A stretch of DNA of 64,000 nucleotides, taken from NCBI RefSeq assembly GCF_032444005.1, contig NC_091288.1, positions 215,202,001 through 215,266,000 of the forward strand, written 5' to 3'. Positions 25,801 through 38,309 of the stretch are shown here, one piece after another. Positions within the stretch are counted from its first letter, which is position 1; every line of letters starts with the position of its first letter. A model generated the notes under the pieces. It worked only from the letters and a program-made list of their open reading frames with translations. It did not search any database and was not told where the DNA came from. The stretch is from Ranitomeya imitator. Taxonomy: Eukaryota. The translations under genes and the position numbers were made by a program.

Positions 25801-28800
25801 CTACAAACCCATAATCCAGTATTGGATTGGAACTCTATGTCGGTAACCAGCTGGGGTTGTCAGGGAGTACATGGTGATGTTCCATTTTTGTCTATTTCGT
25901 CATCCATTCCTTCTGACATCCCAGAGTTCTTGTCGGACTTTCAGGATGTATTTGAAGAGTCCAAGTCTGATGCCCTACCTCCGCATAGGAATTGTGATTG
26001 TGCTATCGATTTGATTCCTGGTAGTAAATTCCCTAAGGGTCGTTTATTTAATTTGTCCGTACCTGAACACACCGCTATGCGCAGTTATGTGGAGGAGTCC
26101 CTGGAGAAGGGACATATTCGCCCATCGTCGTCACCATTGGGAGCAGGGTTCTTTTTTGTAGCCAAGAAGGATGGTTCGCTAAGACCGTGTATTGATTACC
26201 GCCTTCTTAATAAGATCACTGTTAAGTTTCAGTATCCCTTGCCATTGATTTCTGACTTGTTTGCTCGGATTAAGGGGGCTAGTTGGTTTACTAAGATTGA
26301 TCTTCGTGGTGCGTATAATCTGGTGAGAATCAGGCAGGGAGATGAATGGAAAACGGCATTTAATACGCCCGAGGGTCATTTTGAGTATCTGGTGATGCCG
26401 TTCGGACTTGCCAATGCTCCATCTGTTTTTCAGTCTTTTATGCATGACATTTTCCGTGAGTATCTGGATAAATTCTTGATTGTTTACTTGGATGACATTT
26501 TGATCTTCTCAGATGATTGGGAGTCTCATGTGAAGCAAGTCAGAATGGTTTTCCAGGTACTGCGTGCTAATTCCTTGTTCGTGAAGGGATCAAAGTGTCT
26601 CTTCGGTGTGCAGAAAGTTTCATTTTTGGGGTTCATCTTTTCCCCTTCTACTATCGAGATGGATCCGGTTAAGGTTCAGGCCATCCAGGATTGGACTCAG
26701 CCGACATCTCTAAAAAGTCTGCAGAAATTCCTGGGCTTTGCTAATTTTTATCGTCGCTTCATCTGTCATTTTTCTAGCATTGCCAGACCATTGACCGATT
26801 TGACCAAGAAAGGTGCTGATTTGGTTAATTGGTCTTCTGCTGCCGTGGAAGCTTTTCAGGAGTTGAAGCGTCGTTTTTGCTGTGCCCCTGTGTTGTGTCA
26901 ACCTGATGTTTCTCTTCCGTTCCAGGTCGAGGTTGATGCTTCTGAGATTGGTGCAGGGGCGGTTTTGTCACAGAGAGGTTCTGGTTGCTCAGTGTTCAAA
27001 CCATGTGCTTTCTTTTCCAGGAAATTTTCTGCTGCTGAGCGTAATTATGATGTGGGCAACCGAGAGTTGCTGGCCATGAAGTGGGCATTCGAGGAGTGGC
27101 GTCATTGGCTTGAGGGTGCTAAGCATCGCGTGGTGGTTTTGACTGATCATAAGAACCTTACTTATCTTGAGTCTGCCAAGCGCTTGAATCCTAGACAGGC
27201 CCGTTGGTCGTTATTTTTTGCTCGTTTTGATTTTGTGATTTCATACCTTCCGGGCTCTAAAAATGTGAAGGCGGATGCTCTGTCTAGGAGTTTTGTGCCC
27301 GACTCTCCGGGGTTATCTGAGCCGGCGAGTATCCTCAAGGAAGGAGTCATTGTGTCTGCCATCTCCCCTGATTTGCGGAGAGTGTTGCAGAAATTTCAGG
27401 CTAATAAACCTGATCGTTGTCCGGCCGAGAAACTGTTCGTCCCTGATAGGTGGACTAGTAAAGTTATCTCTGAACTTCATTGTTCGGTGCTGGCCGGTCA
27501 TCCAGGAATCTTTGGTACCAGGGAGTTGGTTGCTAGATCCTTCTGGTGGCCGTCTCTGTCACGGGATGTGCGTGCATTTGTGCAGTCCTGTGGAATTTGT
27601 GCTAGGGCTAAGCCCTGCTGTTCACGTGCCAGTGGGTTGCTTTTGCCCTTGCCGGTCCCGAAGAGGCCTTGGACACATACAGTGGGGCAAAAAAGTATTT
27701 AGTCAGTCAGCAATAGTGCAAGTTCCACCACTTAAAAAGATGAGAGGCGTCTGTAATTTACATCATAGGTAGACCTCAATTATGGGAGACAAACTGAGAA
27801 AAAAAAATCCAGAAAATCACATTGTCTGTTTTTTTTTAACATTTTATTTGCATATTATGGTGGAAAATAAGTATTTGGTCAGAAACAAAATTTCATCTCA
27901 ATACTTTGTAATATATCCTTTGTTGGCAATGACAGAGGTCAAATGTTTTCTGTAAGTCTTGACAAGGTTGCCACACACTGTTGTTGGTCTGTTGGCCCAT
28001 TCCTCCATGCAGATCTCCTCTAGAGCAGTGATGTTTTTGGCTTTTCGCTTGGCAACACGGACTTTCAACTCCCTCCAAAGGTTTTCTATAGGGTTGAGAT
28101 CTGGAGACTGGCTAGGCCACTCCAGGACCTTGAAATGCTTCTTACGAAGCCACTCCTTCGTTGCCCTGGTGGTGTGCTTTGGATCATTGTCATGTTGAAA
28201 GACCCAGCCACGTTTCATCTTCAATGCCCTTGCTGATGGAAGGAGGTTTGCACTCAAAATCTCACGATACATGGCCCCATTCATTCTTTCATGTACCCGG
28301 ATCAGTCATCCTGGCCCCTTTGCAGAGAAACAGCCCCAAAGCATGATGTTTCCACCACCATGCTTTACAGTAGGTATCGTGTTTGATGGATGCAACTCAG
28401 TATTCTTTTTCCTCCAAACACGACAAGTTGTGTTTCTACCAAACAGTTCCAGTTTGGTTTCATCAGACCATAGGACATTCTCCCAAAACTCCTCTGGATC
28501 ATCCAAATGCTCTCTAGCAAACTTCAGATGGGCCCGGACATGTACTGGCTTAAGCAGTGGGACACGTCTGGCACTGCAGGATCTGAGTCCATGGTGGCGT
28601 AGTGTGTTACTTATGGTAGGCCTTGTTACATTGGTCCCAGCTCTCTGCAGTTCATTCACTAGGTCCCCCCGCGTGGTTCTGGGATTTTTGCTCACCGTTC
28701 TTGTGACCATTCTGACCCCACGGGGTGGGATTTTGCGTGGAGCCCCAGATCGAGGGAGATTATCAGTGGTCTTGTATGTCTTCCATTTTCTAATTATTGC

Positions 28801-31800
28801 TCCCACTGTTGATTTCTTCACTCCAAGCTGGTTGGCTATTGCAGATTCAGTCTTCCCAGCCTGGTGCAGGGCTACAATTTTGTTTCTGGTGTCCTTTGAC
28901 AGCTCTTTGGTCTTCACCATAGTGGAGTTTGGAGTCAGACTGTTTGAGGGTGTGCACAGGTATCTTTTTATACTGATAACAAGTTTAACAGGTGCCATTA
29001 CTACAGGTAATGAGTGGAGGAAAGAGGAGACTCTAAAAGAAGAAGTTACAGGTCTGTGAGAGCCAGAAATCTTGATTGTTTGTTTCTGACCAAATACTTA
29101 TTTTCCACCATAATATGCAAATAAATTGTTAAAAAAACAGACAATGTGATTTTCTGGATTTTTTTTTCTCAGTTTTTCTCCCATAGTTGAGGTCTACCTA
29201 TGATGTAAATTACAGACGCCTCTCATCTTTTTAAGTGGTGGAACTTGCACTATTGCTGACTGACTAAATACTTTTTTTCCCCACTGTATTTCGATGGATT
29301 TCATTTCTGACCTTCCCGTTTCTCAAAAAATGTCGGTCATTTGGGTGGTCTGTGATCGCTTTTCTAAAATGGTCCATCTGGTGCCCTTGGTTAAATTGCC
29401 TTCCTCCTCTGATTTGGTGCCTTTGTTCTTCCAGCATGTGGTTCATTTACATGGCATTCCTGAGAATATTGTTTCTGACAGAGGTTCCCAGTTTGTCTCG
29501 AGGTTCTGGCGAGCCTTTTGTGGTAGGATGGGCATTGACCTATCTTTCTCCTCGGCCTTCCATCCTCAGACTAATGGCCAGACCGAACGAACCAATCAGA
29601 CCTTGGAAACATATCTGAGATGTTTTGTTTCCGCTGACCAGGATGATTGGGTGTCATTTTTGCCGTTGGCTGAGTTCGCCCTTAATAATCGGGCCAGCTC
29701 GGCTACCTTGGTCTCTCCATTTTTCTGCAATTCTGGGTTCCATCCTCGTTTCTCTTCAGGACAGGTTGAGTCTTCGGACTGTCCTGGTGTGGATTCTGTG
29801 GTGGACAGGTTGCAGCAGATCTGGACTCAGGTAGTGGACAATTTGACCTTGTCCCAGGAGAAGGCTCAGCTTTTCGCTAATCGCAGACGCCGTGTGGGAC
29901 CCCGACTTCGTGTTGGGGATCTGGTTTGGTTATCTTCTCGTCATATTCCTATGAAGGTTTCCTCTCCTAAATTTAAACCTCGTTTTATTGGTCCGTATAG
30001 GATTTCTGAGATTCTCAATCCGGTGTCTTTTCGTCTGACCCTCCCAGACTCCTTTTCCATACATAATGTATTCCATAGGTCGTTGTTGAGGAGATACGTG
30101 GCACCTATGGTTCCATCTGTGGAGCCTCCTGCCCCTGTTTTGGTGGAGGGGGAATTGGAGTATATTGTGGAGAAGATTTTGGATTCTCGTGTCTCTAGAC
30201 GGAAACTCCAGTATCTGGTCAAATGGAAGGGTTATGCTCAGGAAGATAATTCCTGGGTTTTTGCCTCTGATGTCCATGCCCCAGATCTTGTTCGTGCCTT
30301 TCATGTGGCTCATCCTGGTCGGCCTGGGGGTTCTGGTGAGGGTTCGGTGACCCCTCCTCAAGGGGGGGGGTACTGTTGTGAATTCTGTGGCTGAGTTCAC
30401 TTCTGTGGTCACAAGTGGTATTGCAGTCTCTGGGCTTCCTCCCTCAGGTGTTTTGGTGAGCTCGTTGGCTGCCTTGCTATTTAGCTCCACCTGAGTCTGT
30501 CTTCCTTGCTCCTTGTCAATGTTCCAGTGTTGGATCTGAGCTACTGCATCTTTCCTTGGGCCTGCTGCTTTGCTAGATAAGTGCTTCTAGTTTGTTTTCT
30601 GTTTTTTCTGTCCAGCTTGCTACTAACTTTTGCTGGAAGCTCTGAGAAGCAAAGGGGTGCACCGCCGTGCTGTTAGTTCGGCACGGTGGGTCTTTTTGCC
30701 CCTTTGCGTGGTTTTCGTTTTAGGGTTTTTTGTAGACTGCATAGTTCTCTTTGCTATCCTCGCTCTGTCTAGAATATCGGGCCTCACTTTGCTGAATCTA
30801 TTTCATTCCTACGTTTGTCTTTTCATCTTGCTAACAGTCATTATATGTGGGGGGCTGCCTATTCCTTTGGGGTATTTCTCTGAGGTAAGTCAGGCTTGTA
30901 TTTCTATCTTCAGGCTAGTCAGCTCCTCAGGCAGTGCCGAGTTGCATAGGTAGTGATAGGCGCAATCCACTGCTGCTTATAGTTGTGTGAGGATAGATCA
31001 GGTACTGCAGTCTACAGAGATTCCACGTCTCAGAGCTCGTCCTATTGTTTTTGGTTATTGCCAGATCTCTGTATGTGCGCTGATTACTGCACGCTGTGTT
31101 GCCTGATTGCCAGCCATAACAGAGCAGTATTATAGCAGTTATATTCTTGTACATAGGAGCAGTATTATAGTAGTTATATTCTTGTACATAGGAGCAGTAT
31201 TATAGTAGTTATATTCTTGTACATAGGGGCAGTATTATAGTAGTTATATTCTTGTACATAGGAGCAGTATTATAGTAGTTATATTCTTGTACATAGGAGC
31301 AGTATTATAGTAGTTATATTCTTGTACATAGGGGCAGTATTATAGTAGTTATATTCTTGTACATAGGAGCAGTATTATAGTAGTTATATTCTTGTACATA
31401 GGAGCAGTGTTATAGTAGTTATATTCTTGTACATAGGAGCAGTATTATAGCAGTTATATTCTTGTACATAGGAGCAGTATTATAGTAGTTATATTCTTGT
31501 ACATAGCAGTATTATAGTAGTTATATTCTTGTACATAGGAGCAGTATTATAGTAGTTATATTCCTGTACATAGGAGCAGTATTATAGTAGTTATATTCTT
31601 GTACATAGGGGCAGTATTATAGTAGTTATATTCTTGTACATAGGAGCAGTATTATAGTAGTTATATTCTTGTACATAGGGGGCAGTATTATAGCAGTTAT
31701 ATTCTTGTACATAGGAGCAGTATTATAGTAGTTATATTCTTGTACATAGGGAGCCGTATTATAGTAGTTATATTCTTGTACATAGGGGCAGTATTATAGT

Positions 31801-34800
31801 AGTTATATTCTTGTACATAGGGCAGTATTATAGTAGTTATATTCTTGTACATAGGGGGCAGTATTATAGTAGTTATATTCTTGTACATAGGGCAGTATTA
31901 TAGTAGTTATATTCTTGTACATAGGGGCAGTATTATAGTAGTTATATTCTTGTACATAGGGGCAGTATTATAGTAGTTATATTCTTGTACATAGGGGCAG
32001 TATTATAGTAGTTATATTCTTGTACATAGGAGCAGTATTATAGTAGTTATATTCTTGTATATAGGGGGCAGTATTATAGTAGTTATATTCTTGTACACAG
32101 AGGCAGTATTATAGTAGTTATATTCTTGTACATAGGGCAGTATTATAGTAGTTATATTCTTGTACATAGGGGCAGTATTATAGTAGTTATATTCTTGTAC
32201 ATAGGGAGCAGTATTATAGTAGTTATATTCTTGTACATAGGGGCAGTATTATAGTAGTTATATTCTTGTACATAAGAGCAGTATTATAGTAGTTATATTC
32301 TTGTACATAGGAGCAGTATTATAGTAGTTATATTCTTGTACATAGGGGCAGTATTATAGTAGTTATATTCTTGTACATAGGGGCAGTATTATAGTAGTTA
32401 TATTCTTGTACATAGGGGCAGTATTATAGTAGTTATATTCTTGTACATAGGGAGCAGTATTATAGTAGTTATATTCTTGTACATAGGGGCAGTATTATAG
32501 TAGTTATATTCTTGTACATAGGGAGCAGTATTATAGTAGTTATATTCTTGTACATAGGGGCAGTATTATAGTAGTCGTACTCTTGTCCTGCGGCCACATT
32601 TCGGTAATGTGACCTGCACAGCTGTCGCTCACCCATCTCTATGTCGAGCCTCTTCAGCTCTTGTTCGATGTCCTGGACCCGTCTCTCCAGACCCTCGTGT
32701 TTTCCGGGCAGCGCCCCCAGACTGTTCAGGATTGTTTTTACATTCCGCTGCTTGGTGTCATTGCTCAGGGCCCAGTCTTCGCTCTGGTGGTGATACGGCA
32801 TAAATAATAGGCACGTGTCGAAATCACTTTTGATTAATAATTGTTACCATGGAAATTCCATAGCACGAGAATAAAAGAAACCCCCACACACATTCAGCGT
32901 ATCGTACAGCATTATACACAATATATACCGTAAATCATGTGTGAACACAATGGAAACCTCCATTAATCTCTCAACCGTTTGTTTTCGGGGAGCTGCAATC
33001 ATTATACCTCTATTGTTACGCTGCCTATTGTAGTCAATGGATGTTAATTGCTGAGATTGTGGTCACTGCACTCAGACAATCCCTTTAATAACAGTGAAAG
33101 TGATCTCATCAGGTTTTTACCGCTATCCAGTCTCCAATGACCAGAAACAGTACTGACTAAAACAGGACGAAGGGGTGGAAAGGAGAATTGAGGAGTGACC
33201 CAAATTTAGCTTTCAAGTAGAGTTACGGCTTCTCCTGGACAGTCTGTGGTCAGAAATACTTTTATTTCCCATTAGATAACACTTTTTTTAGGCTGCTCAG
33301 GTTCCTCTGTTATTCCCCCTGGAACTGTATGAATAATTTGGGAATGACCAGTCCCCTTGTGTAAGAGTTTAGTCCCCACAGTCTGACACTACCAGCCCTG
33401 ATTGGACCGTGCAGTGTCAGGTGGCTGGTCATTGGACCATGCAATGTTAGGTCGCTAGTCATTGGACCGTGCAGTGACAGGTGGCTGGTCATTGGACCGT
33501 GCAGTGTCAGGTGGCTGGTCATTGGACCGTGCAGTGACAGGTGGCTGGTCATTGGACCGTGCAGTGACAGGTGGCTGGTCATTGGACCGTGCAGTGTCAG
33601 GTGGCTGGTCATTGGACCGTGCAGTGTCAGGTGGCTGGTCATCGGACCGTGCAGTGATAGGTGGCCGGTCATTGGACCGTGCAGTGACAGGTGGCCGGTC
33701 ATTGGACCGTGCAGTGTCAGGTGGCTGGTCATTGGACCGTGCAGTGTCAGGTGGCTGGTCCTTGGACCGTGCAGTGACAGTTGGCTGGTCATTGGACCGT
33801 GCAGTGTCAGGTGGCTGGTCATTGGACCGTGCAGTGTCAGGTGGCTGGTCCTTGGACCGTGCAGTGTCAGGTGGCTGGTCATTGGACCGTGCAGTGACAG
33901 GTGGCTGGTCCTTGGACCGTGCAGTGTCAGGTGGCTGGTCATTGGACCGTGCAGTGTCAGGTGGCCGGTCATTGGACCGTGCAGTGTCAGGTGGCTGGTC
34001 ATTGGACCGTGCAGTGACAGGTGGCTGGTCATTGGACCGTGCAGTGTCAGGTGGCTGGTCATTGGACCGTGCAGTGACAGGTGGCTGGTCCTTGGACCGT
34101 GCAGTGACAGTTGGCTGGTCATTGGACCGTGCAGTGTCAGGTGGCTGGTCATTGGACCGTGCAGTGACAGGTGGCTGGTCATTGGACCGTGCAGTGACAG
34201 TTGGCTGGTCATTGGACCGTGCAGTGTCAGGTGGCTGGTCATTGGACCGTGCAGTGTCAGGTGGCTGGTCATTGGACCGTGCAGTGACAGGTGGCTGGTC
34301 ATTGGATCGTGCAGTGACAGGTGGCTGGTCATTGGACCGTGCAGTGACAGGGATTCACCCCTAATTGGGAAAACTCAGTTGTCATTTAATTTTTCAGGAG
34401 GAAAAAGAGAAGGTTCGATAAAAGTAAATGATGGAGATAAGTGTTAAGAATATAAGTATTTGTGATATTTTCATGCTTTGAAGTTCTCTGAATATATATT
34501 ATATACCTTGACGGCCAGGACATCATGTATAGCTGGCCAGGTGACCAGGTCAGACGGCTCGGGATAGGAATACAGCTTTCTCTGCAGATTCTCCTGTAAA
34601 GAAAAGGAAAGAAATTAATCATATAGAAATAAATTAGCATATATTTGCATGTATTTCATACACCCATAAAGTTAATATACTCCATATATACCATGAAGGC
34701 AATTCACGCTCGATCGAGGTGAGCATACATGTGTTCTGAAGAGGGGTGTAAGCCGATGCCAGACACCTCAGGGGCCGGCTTATCTTCCCGGAGAGCAAAT

Positions 34801-36030
34801 GATTGGATGATCCAGCTCTTTCCCAAGATATGTTCTTATGGCCCTCATACACATTAGATGGCTTGTCCCAGGTTAATCTTATCAGTATGGCGGCCTTTAG
34901 AAGCCTAGACATAATATTTTGAGCCATCACCCCAGAAGATTCACATATGTAAGTTCCAGCATCGTGTGAGCGCTCACCAGCTTGTCTTCTAGCAGTGGGA
35001 TATTTTGCATCCTCCCGTCCAGGTCTCGTAGTCTCATTTCCACCTCCTCGATATTTATCTGTAATATAGAAAGAGGATATCACATATCCTGCCAACAAGT
35101 CTCCTCAGAGGAGAACATGTATCAGCTATACTGGGATTCTATTGGTGCTTTTTCTTCTTGGTTTGCCCGCCCCCGAGGAGCGACCTTAGGTAAAATTAAT
35201 GATTTTTACGCTGAATTTTGGCGCTCTGACTTTATAATTCCTCCTGGACCCTTACCTGTGTTATCTGGTTGCCCAGAGATGCTAGTCTTTCTTGGATGAA
35301 GTCGTTGGCCTGTCTGAGGGTGTTGAATGTGCTGAGTAGTTCCTGGAAGGTGCTCATGGCCTAGAATAGAGATACGGTTGTTGAGTTATGGGTTGTGGAG
35401 GATGTGCCTATACCAAGTGTAGTATTAGTAGTCACATCTGTGGCCATGATGTTTTATGAGGTCAAGTGAGAGGTCTACATGCAGTAGGTGATCTTTAAAA
35501 AGTGACTTGGCTTTTCATTGCCCACGGCTGATCCAAGCTATGGTACCTCTCTAGGAATCTAATGGTAGGTGCTGGGGATTTTTGAGTCTTCACCACACCC
35601 TCTCTTTCATATCTAGAACACGTTCATGTCTGACCTTGTGGACTCCATCTTCGTTCATCTCTGTCTTCTTCTTGAGCTGCATTAGCTGCCACATCTCCTC
35701 CACAGGTTTCCTCTGGGATTGACTGGCTTGTAATAGAGTGGTGGAGCTTGGCAGGGAATCTAGATGGTGGAGCCTGGCCTCCATCTGGGCCACCTTGTCC
35801 AGCATCTGGTGGAACAGCGTGGATGGTTTCCCCGAGTCGTCCACGTTAATTGGCCCTGGCCGTATGAATTCCCTCTCCTCCTGGGACAACTTCCTTCGTA
35901 CGTCCACCGCTTGCAGGTGGTCAAGGAGGCCGTAGAGCAGGGAGTAGAGCGCATTGAAATTGACGGCACCAAGTTCTGGAGAACCTATTGCTAAGTTCAG
36001 GAGCTCCTTGAAGGACACCGAGCTTGACAT
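16812..36030 (-). CDS. C16orf96: C16orf96-like (DUF4795/QRICH2-related) protein, 16 coding exons, 660 aa: join(36030-35635,35360-35256,35058-34978,34593-34507,32783-32633,23341-23256,23175-23065,22958-22884,21543-21379,18802-18684,18385-18323,17908-17852,17662-17512,17314-17221,17137-17048,16963-16812)
   Basis: N-terminus [26 protein letters not shown]; DUF4795-like KADRRALE..., [44 protein letters not shown]. All junctions are GT-AG and the phases chain without stops (1983 nt). Lies between UBALD1 and CDIP1. The exon 5 acceptor and the last two exons are least certain. Confidence 0.85.
17960..18320. repeat. 36-bp intronic minisatellite (ggtagcggggcgagtactaggctcagtcttgggatc, ~10 copies)
   Basis: Tandem units starting directly at the donor of the [14 protein letters not shown] exon. 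Confidence 0.95.
19000..20985. repeat. ~19-bp GC-rich intronic minisatellite (ggacagggctctggtgaga and variants)
   Basis: Tandem units, more degenerate toward 20985. Confidence 0.95.
21655..22863. repeat. 33-bp intronic minisatellite (atgtacaatctgggccccctcacaccacgtccc, ~36 copies)
   Basis: Tandem units; 11-aa periodic ORFs in several frames. Confidence 0.95.
23352..23822. repeat. 35-bp AT-rich satellite, left part (tcttgtacataggagcagtattatagtagttatat)
   Basis: Tandem units; continues at 31122 after the LTR element. Confidence 0.95.
24703..30394 (+). CDS. Gypsy single-frame gag-pol, split by Tc1 at 27680-29288
   Basis: Gag, CCHC knuckle [14 protein letters not shown], protease DSGA, RT YLDD, RNase H, integrase HHCC (HCSVLAGH...CGIC), core MDFI...SDRG...GQTE, chromodomain YIVEKILDS...YLVKWKGY. 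Removing Tc1 plus one TA restores PWTH-ISMDFI in frame. Confidence 0.93.
27680..29286 (-). mobile_element. Tc1/mariner DD34E transposon, IR/DR (Sleeping Beauty/ZB-like) type, 1607 bp
   Basis: ~210-bp TIRs starting CAGTGGGG with inner and outer direct repeats (aagtatttagtcag / aagtatttggtcag); TA duplication at 27678-27679 and 29287-29288. Confidence 0.97.
27898..28920 (-). pseudogene. Tc1 transposase, 340 codons with one in-frame stop at 28306-28308
   Basis: [16 protein letters not shown]..., GRPRK-like GAPRK, WSDE, HDND...34 aa...E. The two ORF-track segments are in the same frame, separated by KGPG*LIRV. Confidence 0.92.
31122..32575. repeat. 35-bp AT-rich satellite, right part
   Basis: Same unit as 23352-23822, resuming in register after the TSD. 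Confidence 0.95.
33400..34350. repeat. 30-bp minisatellite (gtggctggtcattggaccgtgcagtg[a/t]cag, ~31 copies) in C16orf96 intron 4
   Basis: Near-identical tandem units. Confidence 0.96.
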
Positions 36031-36581
36031 GGTGGAGGCGGCTAAGGGGTCTAGGTGAGCAAGGAACATAAATAAGTAAATATACAACATAAAGAAGCAA
36101 AACTCTGCACAAGATCCTATAAAAATGTATGGAGTGGGATGGAAACAACACCATAAGGTTCCTCAGAAATGAAGCTCTTGAGGTATTAATGAAATTATGG
36201 TCAAAATGACACTTAAAGGAGACTTGTCACGCAGTCAAAAATGTCCAGTTTTTCCTCTTATATTATTCACGCTGCTCCTCAGAGTATTTTTTTTTATTTT
36301 TTTCTCAGATCCACCATATTGTTCTAAAGATATGTGTCTTTTTATTCAGTGCTGATTTTTATGGCGTTTACTGAGGGGGGCGTGGCTTACAAGGTAATTA
36401 TGCACAGCAGCCTGAAGACACGCCCCCTCATTTAAAAAAATAAAATAAAATTAACACTCAATAAAAAGGCCCATATCTCTGGGACCGTATGTCGGATTTA
36501 CGAAAGACAAAAAATGGAACGTTCAGGGGAGGAGCGATAATTAATTGTAAACATTTTTGTTCTGGTGACGTGTCCTCCTTA

Positions 36582-36957
36582 GGCCGGCGTCACACTAGCG
36601 AGTTTTACGGACGTATGAGCGCAGAAAATACGTCCGTAAAACACGCATTACACACGGCCCAATTATTCTCTATGCCCCAGCTCCTATCTGCCGTATTTTC
36701 CTGATCAGTATTATACGGCTTTCTATGGCCGTAGAAAATCGCAGCATGCTGCGTTTGTCACCGTATTGCGCAAAAACATCGCCAAATAAAGTCTATGGGG
36801 GCCAGAAAAATACGGATTACACACGGACCAGCAGTGTGACTTGCGAGAAATACGCAGCGCTGTTAGAGAGAAAAGCCGGCAATTCAGTGCGGTGTACAGT
36901 AAAATCACACTGACAGCTTACAATAGAATAGGTAGAATAAATGTGTACACATAGAAT

Positions 36958-37018
<61 letters not shown>

Positions 37019-38309
37019 AGTGAGACACATATATGTATATATATTAATATTTCATACAGCTCTGTGACAAAGAAAAAATAATAAACCAACAATATTCCAT
37101 ATCTTCCGAGGATCTGTCACGTCCCACAATGTAAATCCATCTGAAGGGGTTAATTTTTGTTACAGCCAGGAGCTCTGCTATAATGCAGCTGTGCTCCTGA
37201 CTGTAAAACCCCAGCGAATGAATGGAAACTAGGTCAATGACCTGTAGTTACCTTCATTCGCGGTGATGCGCCCTCTGCTGGTTGTCCTCATATGAACTCG
37301 AGCCTGGAAACTTTTCTGATTTTTTCGTACGCTCGAAGGACATCCAGCAGAGGGCGCCTCACCGTGAATGAAGGTAACTACAGGTCATTGACCTACTTTA
37401 CATTCATTTGCTGGGGTTTTACAGTCAGGAGCACAGCTGCATTATAGCAGAGCTCCTGGCTGTAACAAAAATTGACCCCTTCAGATGGATTTACATCGTG
37501 GGACGTGACAGATCCTCGGAAGGTATGGAATATTGTTGGTTTATTATTTTTTCTTTGTCACAGAGCGAGGGTCTTCAGGTGGATTACCAGAATAATAAAA
37601 TATTCAAACAACCTGTGTTTTTATTTCATTAAAAGACTTTTTAATAATGTGTTTGTGTTTTTTTTAACCATTTCAGACTATTGGATTAATAATGGATTGG
37701 ATGTCATAATTGACGCCTCTCCATTATTAATCTGGCTTAATGTCACCTTACAATAGCAAGGTGACATTAACCCTTCATTACCCCATATCCCACCGCTACA
37801 CGGGAATGGGAAGAGAGTGGCCAAGTGCCAGAATAGGCGCATCTTCCAGATGTGCCTTTTCTGGGGTGGCTGGGGGCAGATGTTTTTAGCCAGGGGGGGG
37901 GCAATAACCGTGGACCCTCTCCAGGCTATTAATATCTGCCCTCAGTCACTGGCTTTACTACTCTGGCGGAGAAAATTGCGCGGGAGCCAGAGCTATCTCG
38001 TGCTGGATGAAATATTAATATATATATATATATATATGTGTCTCACTAACATATATATATATAGACAGTACATATGTTTTTATTATTTTTTTTACACATG
38101 GATCCCTTGTATATCCGTATGTCGGTTTTGCAAGCCGTCGAGAAAATCTCGCAGTACGGATGCCATACGGATTACATATGGAGGATGCCATGCGCAAAAT
38201 ACGCTGACACACCCTGGAGGAGATACGGACCACTATTTTGGGGACTTTTCTGCGTATTACGGCCGTAAATTACGGACCGTATTTTTATACGCTGTGTGTG
38301 ACGCCGGCC
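36582..38309. mobile_element. 1.7-kb non-autonomous DNA transposon (Harbinger-like TIRs) with internal foldback and (TA)n tracts
   Basis: TIR GGCCGGCGTCACAC...GTGTGACGCCGGCC flanked by tta/taa; internal inverted repeat at ~37085-37545. Confidence 0.8.

Larger units (their letters stand above)
23823..31121 (+). mobile_element. Ty3/Gypsy chromodomain LTR retrotransposon (Tf1/sushi-like), full length, antisense in C16orf96 intron 5, interrupted by Tc1
   Basis: 748-bp LTRs at 23823-24570 and 30374-31121 (TGTTGTG...CATAACA, about 3 differences seen), TSD GAGCAG, polypurine tract before 30374, gag-pol with all domains. Confidence 0.97.

Noticed and set aside
33310-34332. 340-aa [10 protein letters not shown] repeat ORF on the C16orf96 strand, located where a long low-complexity exon might be expected
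   Set aside because: The nearest acceptor (ttag|GGGTGA) gives an immediate stop in the required phase 0, there is no convincing donor, and exon 4 joins exon 5 in frame without it. RNA-seq would settle it.
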